A DNA stretch of 64,000 bases. Origin: Escherichia coli (GTDB lineage Bacteria > Pseudomonadota > Gammaproteobacteria > Enterobacterales > Enterobacteriaceae). This document shows positions 1 to 10,935 of the stretch, piece by piece. The number at the start of each line of letters is the position of its first letter. Position 1 is the first letter of the stretch. The position numbers and the translations under genes were made by a program. The notes under the pieces are model-generated. The model was not told the DNA's origin. It worked only from the letters and a program-made list of their open reading frames with translations, and ran no database searches. The stretch lies in NCBI RefSeq assembly GCF_003018235.1, contig NZ_CP027439.1. One strand, written 5' to 3'.

Positions 1-1
1 C

Positions 2-1996
2 GGCATACTCAGTGCGCTGGGATACTCCATCAATACCCTGACAATGTTCGGGATGGTGCTGGCCATCGGCCTGCTGGTTGATGACGCCATTGTGGTCGTG
101 GAAAACGTTGAACGCGTAATGGCTGAGGAAGGGCTAAAACCCCGCGCTGCAACACGAAAGTCTATGGAGCAGATCCAGGGGGCGTTGGTCGGCATTGCGC
201 TGGTCTTATCGGCAGTGTTTATTCCTATGGCCTTTTTTGGTGGCAGTACGGGGGTTATCTATCGACAGTTCTCCATTACGATTGTCTCGGCGATGGTGCT
301 GTCAGTGCTTGTTGCCCTCACCCTGACGCCTGCGCTTTGCGCCACTATACTGAAGCCGGTAAAGCCCGGTGAGCATGCCAAAAACCGTGGATTTTTTGGC
401 TGGTTTAACCGCCGTTTCGACGCCAGTAGCTCGCATTATTCACGTGCTGTCGGTCGTATGCTGAACGGAACAGGACGCTACTTAATCATATACGGCGTGA
501 TTGTCCTGGGTATGGCCTGGCTGTTTGCACGTCTGCCAACCGCATTCTTGCCTTCAGAAGATCAGGGCGTATTGGCTACGCAGGCCGTCCTACCCGCAGG
601 CGCGACTCAGGAGCGTTCTCAGCTTATTCTGGATCAGATTAATGACTGGTATCTCAATAAGGAGAAGCAAAACGTTGCTAACGTCCTGACGGTCAATGGT
701 TTTGGGTTCGCCGGTCGCGGGCAGAATATTGGTATTGCCTTTATCGGCCTGAAAGACTGGTCTAAGCGTGAAGGTAGTGAAAACAGCGTTGACGCCATCG
801 CGGCACGCGCTAATGAAGCCTTCTCTAAGCTCATCGATGCGCAAATCGCCGCGTTCAACTTGCCGCCAATTATTGCACTGGGTAACGCAACCGGCTTCGA
901 TTTTGAACTGATTGATCAAGCTGGCCTGGGGCATGAAAAACTCATGGAAGCCCGCAATACCCTGCTCCAGATGGCGCAGCAGCACCCTGACGTATTGATG
1001 GCCGTAAGGCCGAACGGCATGGAAGATACGCCTCAATATCGGATCAATATCGACCAGCAAAAAGCATCAGCACTGGGCGTTTCTCTGGAGGATATTAACA
1101 CCACGCTAAGTACCGCCTGGGCAGGAAGTTACGTCAATGACTTTATGGACAGAGGCAGGGTTAAAAAGGTTTATGTGATGAGCGATGCGTCTTGGCGCAT
1201 GATGCCGGACGATCTCAATAACTGGTACGTTCGCGCCGGTAACGGTAAAATGGTTTCCTTCGCAAGTTTTGCTGACGCTCAGTGGATTTATGGCTCGCCG
1301 CGCCTTGAGCGGTTCAATGGTCTGCCGTCCCTGGAAATACTTGGACAACCTGCACCGGGTCGAAGCTCAGGCGAAGCTATGGCTCTTATGGAGCAGTTAG
1401 CATCGCAGTTACCGAAAGGTATCGGTCACGACTGGACCGGGATGTCATATCAGGAACGCCTGAGTGGTCAGCAGGCTCCGGCGCTTTATGCCCTGTCGTT
1501 GATTATCGTTTTCCTGTGTCTGGCAGCGCTGTATGAAAGCTGGTCTATTCCATTTGCTGTGATGCTGGTAGTACCGCTAGGCGTCGTTGGTGCGTTGCTC
1601 GCAACGACCTTGCGTGGTCTCAATAACGACGTCTATTTCGTTGTCGGCCTGCTTACAACCATCGGTTTATCGGCGAAGAACGCGATCCTGATCGTTGAAT
1701 TTGCCAACGACATGATGGTGAAGGAAGGAAAAGGTCTAATTGAAGCAACGCTTGAGGCAGCACATATGCGTCTGCGCCCGATATTAATGACCTCACTGGC
1801 CTTTATACTCGGGGTTCTGCCACTGGCATTAAGCCGTGGAGCTGGGTCTGGCGCACAGAATGCCGTTGGGACTGGTGTCATTGGTGGGATGGTCGCGGCA
1901 ACGCTGCTGGCGATCTACTTTGTGCCAGTGTTCTTTGTCGTTGTACGCCGTCGTTTTACTGGCAAGCGTGTCAATGATGACGAGGATGATGAGTAA
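2..1996 (+). CDS. RND multidrug efflux permease, AcrB family (5'-partial; C-terminal ~650 aa in window)
   Basis: Frame is open from position 2 ([38 protein letters not shown]...), colinear with AcrB-type transporters to the C-terminus; no start codon in window. Confidence 0.9.
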   Translation, partial: GILSALGYSINTLTMFGMVLAIGLLVDDAIVVVENVERVMAEEGLKPRAATRKSMEQIQGALVGIALVLSAVFIPMAFFGGSTGVIYRQFSITIVSAMVLSVLVALTLTPALCATILKPVKPGEHAKNRGFFGWFNRRFDASSSHYSRAVGRMLNGTGRYLIIYGVIVLGMAWLFARLPTAFLPSEDQGVLATQAVLPAGATQERSQLILDQINDWYLNKEKQNVANVLTVNGFGFAGRGQNIGIAFIGLKDWSKREGSENSVDAIAARANEAFSKLIDAQIAAFNLPPIIALGNATGFDFELIDQAGLGHEKLMEARNTLLQMAQQHPDVLMAVRPNGMEDTPQYRINIDQQKASALGVSLEDINTTLSTAWAGSYVNDFMDRGRVKKVYVMSDASWRMMPDDLNNWYVRAGNGKMVSFASFADAQWIYGSPRLERFNGLPSLEILGQPAPGRSSGEAMALMEQLASQLPKGIGHDWTGMSYQERLSGQQAPALYALSLIIVFLCLAALYESWSIPFAVMLVVPLGVVGALLATTLRGLNNDVYFVVGLLTTIGLSAKNAILIVEFANDMMVKEGKGLIEATLEAAHMRLRPILMTSLAFILGVLPLALSRGAGSGAQNAVGTGVIGGMVAATLLAIYFVPVFFVVVRRRFTGKRVNDDEDDE

Positions 1997-2001
1997 TCAA
2001 A

Positions 2002-2031
2002 ATCACCGGAGCCCCTGCTCCGGTGATTTTT

Positions 2032-2033
<2 letters not shown>
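2002..2033 (+). terminator. Rho-independent terminator after RND gene
   Basis: GC hairpin caccggagc/gctccggtg followed by T-run (attttttc) right after stop codon. Confidence 0.6.
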
Positions 2034-2955
<922 letters not shown>

Positions 2956-3067
2956 TTAATCATGAGAAGGGTTCATAGACGCAATCATTTTAGCCTCGTT
3001 ACTCTCAATAATCACAGTTGATACACTTCTTCACAGTTAAATTCTCCAATTGCTCAGCAGGTTTATA

Positions 3068-3838
3068 ATGAAGGTTTTAATTGTCGGTGCGACCGGCAGT
3101 ATTGGTCGTCATGTTGTAGAAATGTCGATAGAAATGGGACATCAATCGAAAGCCCTGGTCCGTTCCCCAAAAAAAAGAAAATTGTTGCCACAGGGAATTG
3201 AGATTGTTTATGGCGACGTCTCTGTCCCGGAAACATTGACCGGCATTGGAGATGATATCGATGCCGTTATTTTCACCCTGGGATCAGATGGATTAGGCCG
3301 CATTGGTGCTCGGGCAGTGGACTATGGCGGGGTGAAAAATATTCTTCAACAACTTAAGCATCGGCGAGTCAGAGTTGCGCTGATGACTGCCATCGGCGTG
3401 ACAGAAAGAGAAGGTTCGTATAACCGCCAGACGGAAGCGCATGACTGGAAACGTCGTGCGGAACGCCTGGTTCGTGCCAGCGGTCACCCCTATACCATCG
3501 TCAGGCCTGGTTGGTTTGATTACAACAAACCGAATGAACAACAAATCGTCATGTTACAGGGAGACAGACGTCATTCAGGCACACCGATCGATGGCGTGAT
3601 TTCCCGTAAACAAATAGCCAGAGTACTGGTTAGCGCATTAACAGACGATGATGCTAAGAATAAAACGCTTGAACTCATTGCCGAAAAAGGGAAAGAGCAA
3701 CAGAATCTCACCCCACTTTTCTCAGCCCTGCAACAGGACCGCGCAGATAAAAACGATGGTATTCATGATTTAAACAACATGCCCATGGACTCAGAGCCTG
3801 AGTGCGTTGTTCGTGATCTTAATGCAATGACGCAATAA
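3068..3838 (+). CDS. NAD(P)H-binding oxidoreductase, NmrA-like/atypical SDR
   Basis: Rossmann motif MKVLIVGATGSIGRHVV at N-terminus; start chosen at internal ATG of ORF 3050..3838. Confidence 0.75.
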   Translation: MKVLIVGATGSIGRHVVEMSIEMGHQSKALVRSPKKRKLLPQGIEIVYGDVSVPETLTGIGDDIDAVIFTLGSDGLGRIGARAVDYGGVKNILQQLKHRRVRVALMTAIGVTEREGSYNRQTEAHDWKRRAERLVRASGHPYTIVRPGWFDYNKPNEQQIVMLQGDRRHSGTPIDGVISRKQIARVLVSALTDDDAKNKTLELIAEKGKEQQNLTPLFSALQQDRADKNDGIHDLNNMPMDSEPECVVRDLNAMTQ

Positions 3839-3848
3839 GATAAATATA

Positions 3849-3878
3849 AAAAAGGCGGTATATTCTACCGCCTTTTTT
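3849..3878. terminator. Bidirectional hairpin terminator between convergent genes
   Basis: aaaaaaggcggta-tatt-ctaccgcctttttt, stem flanked by A-run and T-run. Confidence 0.65.
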
Positions 3879-3880
3879 AA

Positions 3881-4936
3881 TTACGCCTTCAATGAGGCCA
3901 TATCGATCACAAAGCGATATTTTACATCACTCTTTAGCATCCGCTGCCAGGCCGTGTTAATATCCGAAATATTAATCAACTCAATATCAGACGTTATCTG
4001 ATGCTTTGCACAGAAATCGATCATTTCCTGTGTCTCCGCAATCCCACCAATGACCGAGCCAGCCACCGATTTTCGTCCTAAAATCAGCGGCGCGCTGTTC
4101 AGCATCGGATTCAAGTCTCCCAGATACCCCACAAGCACCAGTGTTCCGCTCAGCGCCAGCGTCGGAATATAGGGATTCAGATCATGCACATAAGGAACCG
4201 TATCGATAATCAAATCAAACTGGTTATGTGCTTCCTGCATCTGCTTTTCATCGGTTGAAATAACAATATGCGTGGCCCCCAGACGGCGAGCATCGGCCTC
4301 TTTGTTCGGCGAACGACTGAATAACGTGACTTCCGCACCCAGCGCTTTGGCTAATTTTATCGCCATATGCCCCAGACCACCCAACCCAACGACCACAACT
4401 TTGCTGCCCGGGCCAACATTCCAGTGACGAAGCTGTGACCAGGTGGTGATACCCGCGCACAGCAGCGGTGCTGCACCTTTTAAATCCAGCGTATCAGGTA
4501 CTTTGATAACGAATTTTTCGGTGACCACAATCTTGTCCGAATAGCCGCCATAGGTTGGCATATGGTCATGCCTGTCAATGTCGTTATAGGTTAAGGTATT
4601 GCCCTCTTCACAGTACTGCTCCAGCCCCTGCTCACAGGGCTTACAATGCTGGCAGGAGTCCACCATGCAACCTACACCGGCATAGTCGCCCACGCGGAAT
4701 TCGGTCACCGCCTTGCCAATCTGAGTCACTCGGCCAATGATTTCATGCCCCGGCACCATCGGATATTTTACACCGCCCCAGTCATTAAACGCATTGTGGA
4801 TGTCTGAGTGACAAACGCCGCTGTATAAAATCTCGATAACCACATCGTTATCGCGCGGATCGCGGCGAACAAAATTGTGTGGTACTAAATCCTCTTTCGC
4901 GGCAAAAGCGGCATAACCTTTCACATTTAAGGTCAT
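3881..4936 (-). CDS. Zinc-type NAD(P)-dependent alcohol dehydrogenase (YahK/cinnamyl-ADH-like)
   Basis: GVCHSDIH zinc motif, GHEIIGRV, GLGGLGHMAIK Rossmann motif; start at ATG 4936 (MTLNVKG) preceded by GGAG. Confidence 0.9.
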   Translation of the reverse strand: MTLNVKGYAAFAAKEDLVPHNFVRRDPRDNDVVIEILYSGVCHSDIHNAFNDWGGVKYPMVPGHEIIGRVTQIGKAVTEFRVGDYAGVGCMVDSCQHCKPCEQGLEQYCEEGNTLTYNDIDRHDHMPTYGGYSDKIVVTEKFVIKVPDTLDLKGAAPLLCAGITTWSQLRHWNVGPGSKVVVVGLGGLGHMAIKLAKALGAEVTLFSRSPNKEADARRLGATHIVISTDEKQMQEAHNQFDLIIDTVPYVHDLNPYIPTLALSGTLVLVGYLGDLNPMLNSAPLILGRKSVAGSVIGGIAETQEMIDFCAKHQITSDIELINISDINTAWQRMLKSDVKYRFVIDMASLKA

Positions 4937-5013
4937 CGTTGAATCTCCGAATAAGAAATGAAACGACATGATGGTCACACGGCGGCCATCATGTCCTTGG
5001 AAGAGTAAGAGGG

Positions 5014-5412
5014 TTATTGCGGGCGTAATTCGCCATATTTATAAGATGCCGTTGCGCCGCCATCAATCAGCAGATCGCTGCCGGTAATGTAGGTACCATT
5101 AGGCCCAAACAGAAACTCTGCCAGCGCACCAATCTCATCCGGCGTGCCTCCCCGCCCTGCCGGCGATTTATCAAGCATATTGCGATAAAACGCACCCCGT
5201 TCTGCGCTATTAAGCTCGTCATAGGCTAGGGGCGTAAAGATGATCCCGGCACTGATGCAGTTAATTCGCGCCCCACGTTTGCCCCACTTCACTGCTTCTG
5301 ACATGACACGGAGTGCATTACAACGCTTGGAAATCTGGTAGGCGTATAAGCTGTCTTCAATATCTTTCATCAGTGGCAACTCGAGCAGTTCCTCCGGCGG
5401 TAACGGGAGGGC
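5014..5412 (-). pseudogene. Truncated SDR oxidoreductase (C-terminal ~130 aa only), paralog of the gene at 6366..7193
   Basis: Translation LPLMKDIEDSLYAYQISKRCNALRVMSEAVKWGKRGARINCISAGIIFTPLAYDEL... aligns to the C-terminal half of the intact SDR; N-terminal half absent. Confidence 0.8.
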
Positions 5413-5535
5413 AGAATTTTCAAGATGTAGGCGTTTTATTTTATGGTTAATAATCACCGCCACTCTTATGGTGAGAGCATAAAAAAGCCCCCACGGGCTT
5501 TATTACTAAATTCAATACAAACAACAAATTATGCT

Positions 5536-5573
5536 CTTAACGTACGTTTTCGTTCCATTGGCCCTCAGACCCC
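5536..5573 (-). repeat. Tn3-family 38-bp terminal inverted repeat (solo end)
   Basis: Reverse complement GGGGTCTGAGGGCCAATGGAACGAAAACGTACGTTAAG matches the Tn3-family IR consensus GGGGTCTGA...TGGAACGAAAAC...CGTTAAG. Confidence 0.8.
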
Positions 5574-6270
5574 TCATACGGCTCTCGATGTATTCGTGGC
5601 AATCGGTTGGAATAGCAAAGGGTAACTGGTTATCCCGTAATGATTTGTCAAAATCGCCAGATGGGATCAGATAATCATCGAAATTCCTGTATCGGCGAGA
5701 TCCCTTTACCCAGATGTCACCTGAACGCAAGACTCCCTTCAGCTCATTCAGCACGCAAAATTCGTAATATTTTCGGTCAATGCCGGTGGGAGTGATCACC
5801 ACCTTTCTCCAGCTTTCCGGGATAAACCTGGTTGGCGCGGAAGGTGGTACTTTTCGGAGTTGTTTTCGATACATCTCTCTGACGGTATCAAGCGCGTCAC
5901 TGAGCTGCATTGCGGTAGGTGCAGCCCTGAACTGCAACGCGGACAGCATCCGGGGGGCGTATTTACGCAGCGTACTGTATTTTTCTGTGATTAGATGCAA
6001 CGGGTCGAAGTTGTCCTTACGTGACAGGAGCCGCGTCTCTTCCACACTGTTGATAAATTCCTGCCAGGGAAGGACGTCTTCTATTGCGGCCCAGGGATCT
6101 TCACCGGATTCTCTGGCATTAAGCAATGCCTGCCCGACGGTAACGTATTGCTTCAGCTTACTCTGAATCAGCTTTCCCGTTTGCTGGAGTCGTTCGGCCT
6201 GCGTGCGTTTTGCCCTGCTGAACAGACTGCCCAGAATACGCTCGTGCAGATCAATAACTTCGTCAGTCAG
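5574..6270 (-). pseudogene. Internal fragment of a Tn3-family transposase (TnpA), truncated at both ends
   Basis: ORF 5512..6306 translation (LSALQFRAAP, KYYEFCVLNELKGVLRSGDIWVKGSRRYRNFDDYLIP) resembles the middle part of Tn3-type TnpA; ~230 aa of an expected ~1000. Confidence 0.5.
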
Positions 6271-6336
6271 CGTTCTAATGATACTGACGATTAATATAAA
6301 TAACATAGCCCAGCCAGAAGGCTGGGCTAACAGGAA

Positions 6337-6364
6337 GGCAGACTATTCACGTGTAGATAGTCTG
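6337..6364 (-). terminator. Hairpin downstream of SDR gene
   Basis: gcagactat-N10-atagtctgc, 9-bp stem immediately 3' of the minus-strand stop. Confidence 0.4.
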
Positions 6365-6365
6365 C

Positions 6366-7193
6366 TTATGGCCTGAGTTCCCCGTATTTATAAGAGGCCG
6401 TCACGCCGCCATCAATCAGAATGTCACTCCCGCTGATATACGTCCCGGCTGGCCCGAAAAGGAGTTCGGCTAATGCACCTATTTCATCCGGGGTTCCACC
6501 TCGTCCGGCTGGCGATTTTTCAAGCATATTCCTGTAAAACTCTCCACGCTCCGGACTCGTTAATTCGTCATAGGCCAGAGGGGTGAAAATAATCCCTGCA
6601 CTGATACAGTTAATGCGCGCTCCGCGTTTACCCCATTTCACGGCTTCCGCCATCACGCGCAGTGCGTTACCACGTTTGGATATTTGATAGGCGTAGAGGC
6701 TGTCATCAATTTCTTTAACGAACGGCAAATCCAGTAATGCCTCAGGTGTCAGCGTGGCTAATGCATCGGCCTGTGACTGGGTCAGGGCATCAACATTCAG
6801 ACGATGACTGGATTGTGAACCGATCACCACAGCGGAGCCTCCGGGGGCAATAACCTTACCAAATTCTTCAAATACGACAGCAGTCCCATATAAATCAACC
6901 CGAAGAATATCTTGGGCTTTGGCCTGTGAGGGGGAGAGCCCCGCTGTATGGATGACGCCTTTTATGTCCCCCAGCTCGGTGGCCGTGCGGACCAGGTTCT
7001 GGACTGACTGTCGGGAACTGACATCAACGACAGCGGTACTGATCGTAAAGCCTGCTTTTGACAGAATTTCTTCGGCTGACTGCGCACTTTCAGCCTTAAT
7101 ATCAGCCAGTAAAATATGCTTACCCACACTGACTCTGCGCGCAATCGCCTGCGCAATTGAGCCACTTCCAATGACCACAATGATCTCTTTCAT
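6366..7193 (-). CDS. Short-chain dehydrogenase/reductase (SDR) family oxidoreductase
   Basis: 275 aa; N-terminal glycine-rich motif IIVVIGSGSIAQAIARR and SDR catalytic YxxxK (YAYQISK). Confidence 0.85.
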   Translation of the reverse strand: MKEIIVVIGSGSIAQAIARRVSVGKHILLADIKAESAQSAEEILSKAGFTISTAVVDVSSRQSVQNLVRTATELGDIKGVIHTAGLSPSQAKAQDILRVDLYGTAVVFEEFGKVIAPGGSAVVIGSQSSHRLNVDALTQSQADALATLTPEALLDLPFVKEIDDSLYAYQISKRGNALRVMAEAVKWGKRGARINCISAGIIFTPLAYDELTSPERGEFYRNMLEKSPAGRGGTPDEIGALAELLFGPAGTYISGSDILIDGGVTASYKYGELRP

Positions 7194-7259
7194 GCGATGT
7201 TCCTTATTGTCGGTGGATCAGTGCGGCCTGATTACAGGCCGCAATCTCACTGGTTGATA

Positions 7260-8408
7260 CTACAATGCGAGTTTAAGGATTGTGGTTAACACATCCGGGG
7301 TGTAGGTCTCAGCCAGCCCGAACCAGCGGGTATTCCCTTCCAGGTTTTCCAGGATACGGGGAAAGTCTGCCTCCGTTATTCCCAGTTGTGACAGACGAGT
7401 TGGGGTACCAATTTTATCAAACCATTTTTCAAGCGCCAGGATGCCTTGTTCAGCGGTTTTCAAACCGAACAGATGCTGCGCAAAACGCTCAAACTGAGAA
7501 GGATTCTGGCTGTGGTACCACTTCATCCATGCAGGCATTACAACGGATAACCCTGCACCATGGGGAACATTAAAGAGGGCTGACAGAGAATGCTCAATCA
7601 TGTGATTAGGGTAGCTGAATCCTGACGTTCCGGCATAGATCAGGCCATTAAGTGCCAGCGTTGCTGCCCATGCAAATTCCGCCCGGGCGTTGTAGTCGCC
7701 CGCATCTGCCAGCAACATTTCCGTCGTCTCCATGACCGTTGCGATAACCGATTCAACCAGACGTGACTGGATTTTCGGCTGCACCGCTGCTGTGAAATAA
7801 CCTTCAATGGAATGGGCGATAATGTCCGCTGCCGAATAGACAAGATAGTCCCGGGAGACCGTCTGCATCAGTGCCGGGTTCACAACGGAGACTTTCGGAA
7901 ACGTATGCACGGAATGCAGAGCAAATTTTTCCAGCGTGGCGTCATTGGTGACAACGGCACCACCGTTCATCTCACTGCCGGTCGCGGCAAGAGTCAGAAC
8001 AGAAAACACGGGTAAGGCAGCTTCGATTTGTCCTTTACCGATAAACAAATCCCAGACGTCGTTCTCATAAAGTGCGCCTGCCGCGACAGATTTCGCACTA
8101 TCCAGTACAGAACCGCCGCCCACGCTTAAAATGGCATCAACCTGGTGAGCACGCGCCAGCTGAATACCTTCTCTGACCTTAGAAATCAGCGGGTTGCTGA
8201 CTATCCCGCCAAACTCTACATACTGAATGCCGTGCTTTGTCAGGCTGTCGCTGATAGTGCTGAACAAACCATCTCGCTTGATGCGGTCACTGCCAAACGC
8301 CAGCAGAACTTTACTGACTTTCTGCTCTGCTAGGATCTGGCCGATCAGCTTTTCTTTGTCTGCACCAAATTCAATTCGGGTCGGGTTATAAAAACTGAAA
8401 TTATCCAT
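7260..8408 (-). CDS. Iron-containing alcohol dehydrogenase (YqhD/BdhA-like aldehyde reductase)
   Basis: 382 aa, N-terminus MDNFSFYNPTRIEFG typical of Fe-ADH family. Confidence 0.85.
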   Translation of the reverse strand: MDNFSFYNPTRIEFGADKEKLIGQILAEQKVSKVLLAFGSDRIKRDGLFSTISDSLTKHGIQYVEFGGIVSNPLISKVREGIQLARAHQVDAILSVGGGSVLDSAKSVAAGALYENDVWDLFIGKGQIEAALPVFSVLTLAATGSEMNGGAVVTNDATLEKFALHSVHTFPKVSVVNPALMQTVSRDYLVYSAADIIAHSIEGYFTAAVQPKIQSRLVESVIATVMETTEMLLADAGDYNARAEFAWAATLALNGLIYAGTSGFSYPNHMIEHSLSALFNVPHGAGLSVVMPAWMKWYHSQNPSQFERFAQHLFGLKTAEQGILALEKWFDKIGTPTRLSQLGITEADFPRILENLEGNTRWFGLAETYTPDVLTTILKLAL

Positions 8409-8541
8409 CAGTCACCTCTGTGAAATTAAGTCTGTGAATGCTGTTCTGTGTAACAACACTATAAGCAACTGACTCACAACCAACCAGATGGTAATATGAT
8501 GAATCAGTTACAACTAAATGATGTAAATAAGAGTACTGCTC

Positions 8542-9498
8542 ATGATTAATGAACTGCGTTCAGTGACCACCTTTATCCGGACTGTTGAGCTGGGAAGTCT
8601 GAGTAAAGCTGCTGAAGCCCAGCAAATATCACCTCAGGCGGCGAGTAAGGCCTTAAAGCAACTCGAAAGCTCTCTGGGCGTGAGGCTGTTTCACCGCACA
8701 ACACGGAGTATGTCGCTCACTGAGGAAGGGCAACGGTTTCTCGAAGCAGCCAAACCAGCACTGACCGGGTTACAGCAGGCTTTTGCTTCTGTCCGGCAGA
8801 CGCGGGAGGGGTTTTCCGGGCCATTGCGCATAGTGGCTCCGCGTTCTGTTGTACAGCATATTATTCACCCTGTGCTGATTGAATATTGTCGGCTTTACCC
8901 GGAAGTTCAGCCTGATGTCCAGCTTGATGACGGGGTGGATAACTGGGTTGAGAAGCGCGTGGATGTTGGTTTTCGGATTGCTGTTTCACCGCAGGATGGG
9001 CTGATTGCCAGACGCCTGTTTCCGTTGCAACTGATTATATGCGCATCGCCTGCATATCTTCGCAAATATGGTATGCCGAAATCACTGCATGACCTCAGTA
9101 ATCACCGCTGTAATACATTTCGACATGCCGCAACCGGGCGATTACTTCCCTGGACTGTGAAGGAAGGAGACAACATACAGGAGCACTATGTTAAGCCTGC
9201 CATGTCGACAAATGATGAGATGCTGGAATTACATGCCGTCCTTGCCGGAGAAGTTATTGCTCAGGTTGCAGCACCGACAGCAGCGCAATACATACGATCA
9301 GGTCAGCTTGTGCCACTGTTACTGGAGAATATCGCTGATGTCCACAGCCTGTTTCTCTATTATGGGAGCCGGGTCGCTCAGCCACTTCGTATTCGCCGTT
9401 TTATTGACCTTGCTGTTGAGCGCCTGGCCAGTAGAAAGGGCTTTGTTTTTTCCTCAGAAGAACTGAGACAGGCACATATTGAAGGTATTGCAATGTAA
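8542..9498 (+). CDS. LysR-family transcriptional regulator
   Basis: HTH region plus LysR effector domain; divergent from Fe-ADH; paralog of 12146..13105. Confidence 0.9.
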   Translation: MINELRSVTTFIRTVELGSLSKAAEAQQISPQAASKALKQLESSLGVRLFHRTTRSMSLTEEGQRFLEAAKPALTGLQQAFASVRQTREGFSGPLRIVAPRSVVQHIIHPVLIEYCRLYPEVQPDVQLDDGVDNWVEKRVDVGFRIAVSPQDGLIARRLFPLQLIICASPAYLRKYGMPKSLHDLSNHRCNTFRHAATGRLLPWTVKEGDNIQEHYVKPAMSTNDEMLELHAVLAGEVIAQVAAPTAAQYIRSGQLVPLLLENIADVHSLFLYYGSRVAQPLRIRRFIDLAVERLASRKGFVFSSEELRQAHIEGIAM

Positions 9499-9717
9499 CA
9501 GTACTGTTCTTCCCGGTATCGAAGTTAATACCTTCAATAAATCCATCACACTGGATGACTTTCTCCCAGATGCACTTCCCTCTCTCACACACAACTCGTT
9601 TGTATAATGTTGCGTGGTGCGAGGGACATCTGCTCCCGCAGCGACCGGAAACATCCCTGCCGTCAGGCAGAGAGCGAGGGACGCTGCCAGACCCTGCATT
9701 TTTTTGTCTATTTTCAT
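9454..9717 (-). CDS. Possible small secreted protein (signal-peptide-like N-terminus)
   Basis: MKIDKKMQGLAASLALCLTAGMFPVAAGA looks like a signal peptide; overlaps the 3' end of the LysR gene by 45 bp; no other support. Confidence 0.2.
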   Translation of the reverse strand: MKIDKKMQGLAASLALCLTAGMFPVAAGADVPRTTQHYTNELCVREGSASGRKSSSVMDLLKVLTSIPGRTVLLHCNTFNMCLSQFF

Positions 9718-9823
9718 ACAGATTTCCTGATACAGGAACGCCCGATTCCTGTCTGTGAATACGTCATGCCAACGAACAGAGAAAAACGGCCCCTGTACGG
9801 AGCCGTTAGCATGGTAAAACAGG

Positions 9824-10600
9824 TTATGACAGGTTACCGGCGTAGACCTGTGTCTGGCCGCCGTCGATGGTAAGATTTATACCGTTGATAAAACTGCTGG
9901 CGTCGGATGCCAGGAACACGACGCCGTCCCCGATCTCATCAGCACGACCAACACGTCCGACGGGGATCTCCGCTGCACATTTGGCGGCGAAGGCTTCAAC
10001 CTCCTCCGGGGTCATACCCTGCACGGTTTCATAGCCTTCAGTCGGGATAGCCCCTGGACTGATAACATTCACGCGGATATTGCGTGTCTTGAGCTCAGTG
10101 GTCCAGACTCGCGCCATGCCGATAACTGCCGCTTTGGTCGCGGCGTAAGTCGTGTATTCCGGCAGACCAATAAAGGCGGTCATGGAGGACGTCAGAATGA
10201 TTGAACCGCCAGCATTCATAATGGGCAGCATGGCTTGTACGGTGAATAACTGCCCCTTAAGGTTGATGTTCAGCATGTTGTCGAAAAACTCTTCGCTCAC
10301 GTCCTCTAGTTTCTTGCCTATGTAGTAGCCGGCATTAGAGAAAATGATGTCCAGATGACCTTTTTCCAGCTGAATGACTGAGGCGACATTCACCATGTCT
10401 TCCTTGCGGGAGACATCGGCAACGATGGCACGGGCATTTGGGCCAATCTGTTTAATCGCCTCATCCAGGACGTCCTGGCGGCGGCCCACTATATAGACAA
10501 AAGCACCTTCTTCAGCAAGGCGCTTTGCGCCCCCCAGACCGAGTCCCGTTCCGCCACCCGTGACCAGTGCCACTTTACCTTTTAACGTTTGAACCGACAT
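9824..10600 (-). CDS. SDR family oxidoreductase
   Basis: 258 aa; KVALVTGGGTGLGLG cofactor motif and NAG motif. Confidence 0.9.
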   Translation of the reverse strand: MSVQTLKGKVALVTGGGTGLGLGGAKRLAEEGAFVYIVGRRQDVLDEAIKQIGPNARAIVADVSRKEDMVNVASVIQLEKGHLDIIFSNAGYYIGKKLEDVSEEFFDNMLNINLKGQLFTVQAMLPIMNAGGSIILTSSMTAFIGLPEYTTYAATKAAVIGMARVWTTELKTRNIRVNVISPGAIPTEGYETVQGMTPEEVEAFAAKCAAEIPVGRVGRADEIGDGVVFLASDASSFINGINLTIDGGQTQVYAGNLS

Positions 10601-10630
10601 AAATATTCCTCTGTTTGTAATACAGGTGGC

Positions 10631-10924
10631 TTACGCGATCGTCTGCACGACGCTCATGCAGGAGAGATCGATAATGTCTTTGATTTTCTCTCCGAGGGCC
10701 AGATGATCAGGGGCGCGCATATAGCGCTCCCAGTCCTCCCGGGAATCGAACTCGGCAATCAGCACCACTGCCTGGGTTTCTGACCAGTCGAGTGTCTTTT
10801 CAACGCTGAAGGCTTTGATCCTCGGGACGATGGAGGGCAATTGGCGAAGGATGTCCACTACAGCAGACAGCTCGGCCTCAGTCTTACCTGGATATGTTTT
10901 GCCTATGAAAATATGTTTCAACAT
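10631..10924 (-). CDS. Dabb-family stress-responsive alpha/beta-barrel protein
   Basis: 97 aa; size and sequence pattern typical of Dabb domain proteins co-transcribed with oxidoreductases. Confidence 0.6.
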   Translation of the reverse strand: MLKHIFIGKTYPGKTEAELSAVVDILRQLPSIVPRIKAFSVEKTLDWSETQAVVLIAEFDSREDWERYMRAPDHLALGEKIKDIIDLSCMSVVQTIA

Positions 10925-10935
10925 TCGGGGCTCCT

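Noticed and set aside
590-1060. Antisense ORFs inside the RND pump gene (590..1060 and 634..858 minus, 501..689 plus)
   Set aside because: They lie wholly within and opposite or out of frame to a strongly supported coding region, with no motifs or RBS; typical shadow ORFs.
5464-5510. Weak hairpin (GCCC-CCAC-GGGC) considered as a terminator
   Set aside because: The stem is only 4 bp and lies inside the rearranged junction next to the Tn3-type inverted repeat; not enough evidence.
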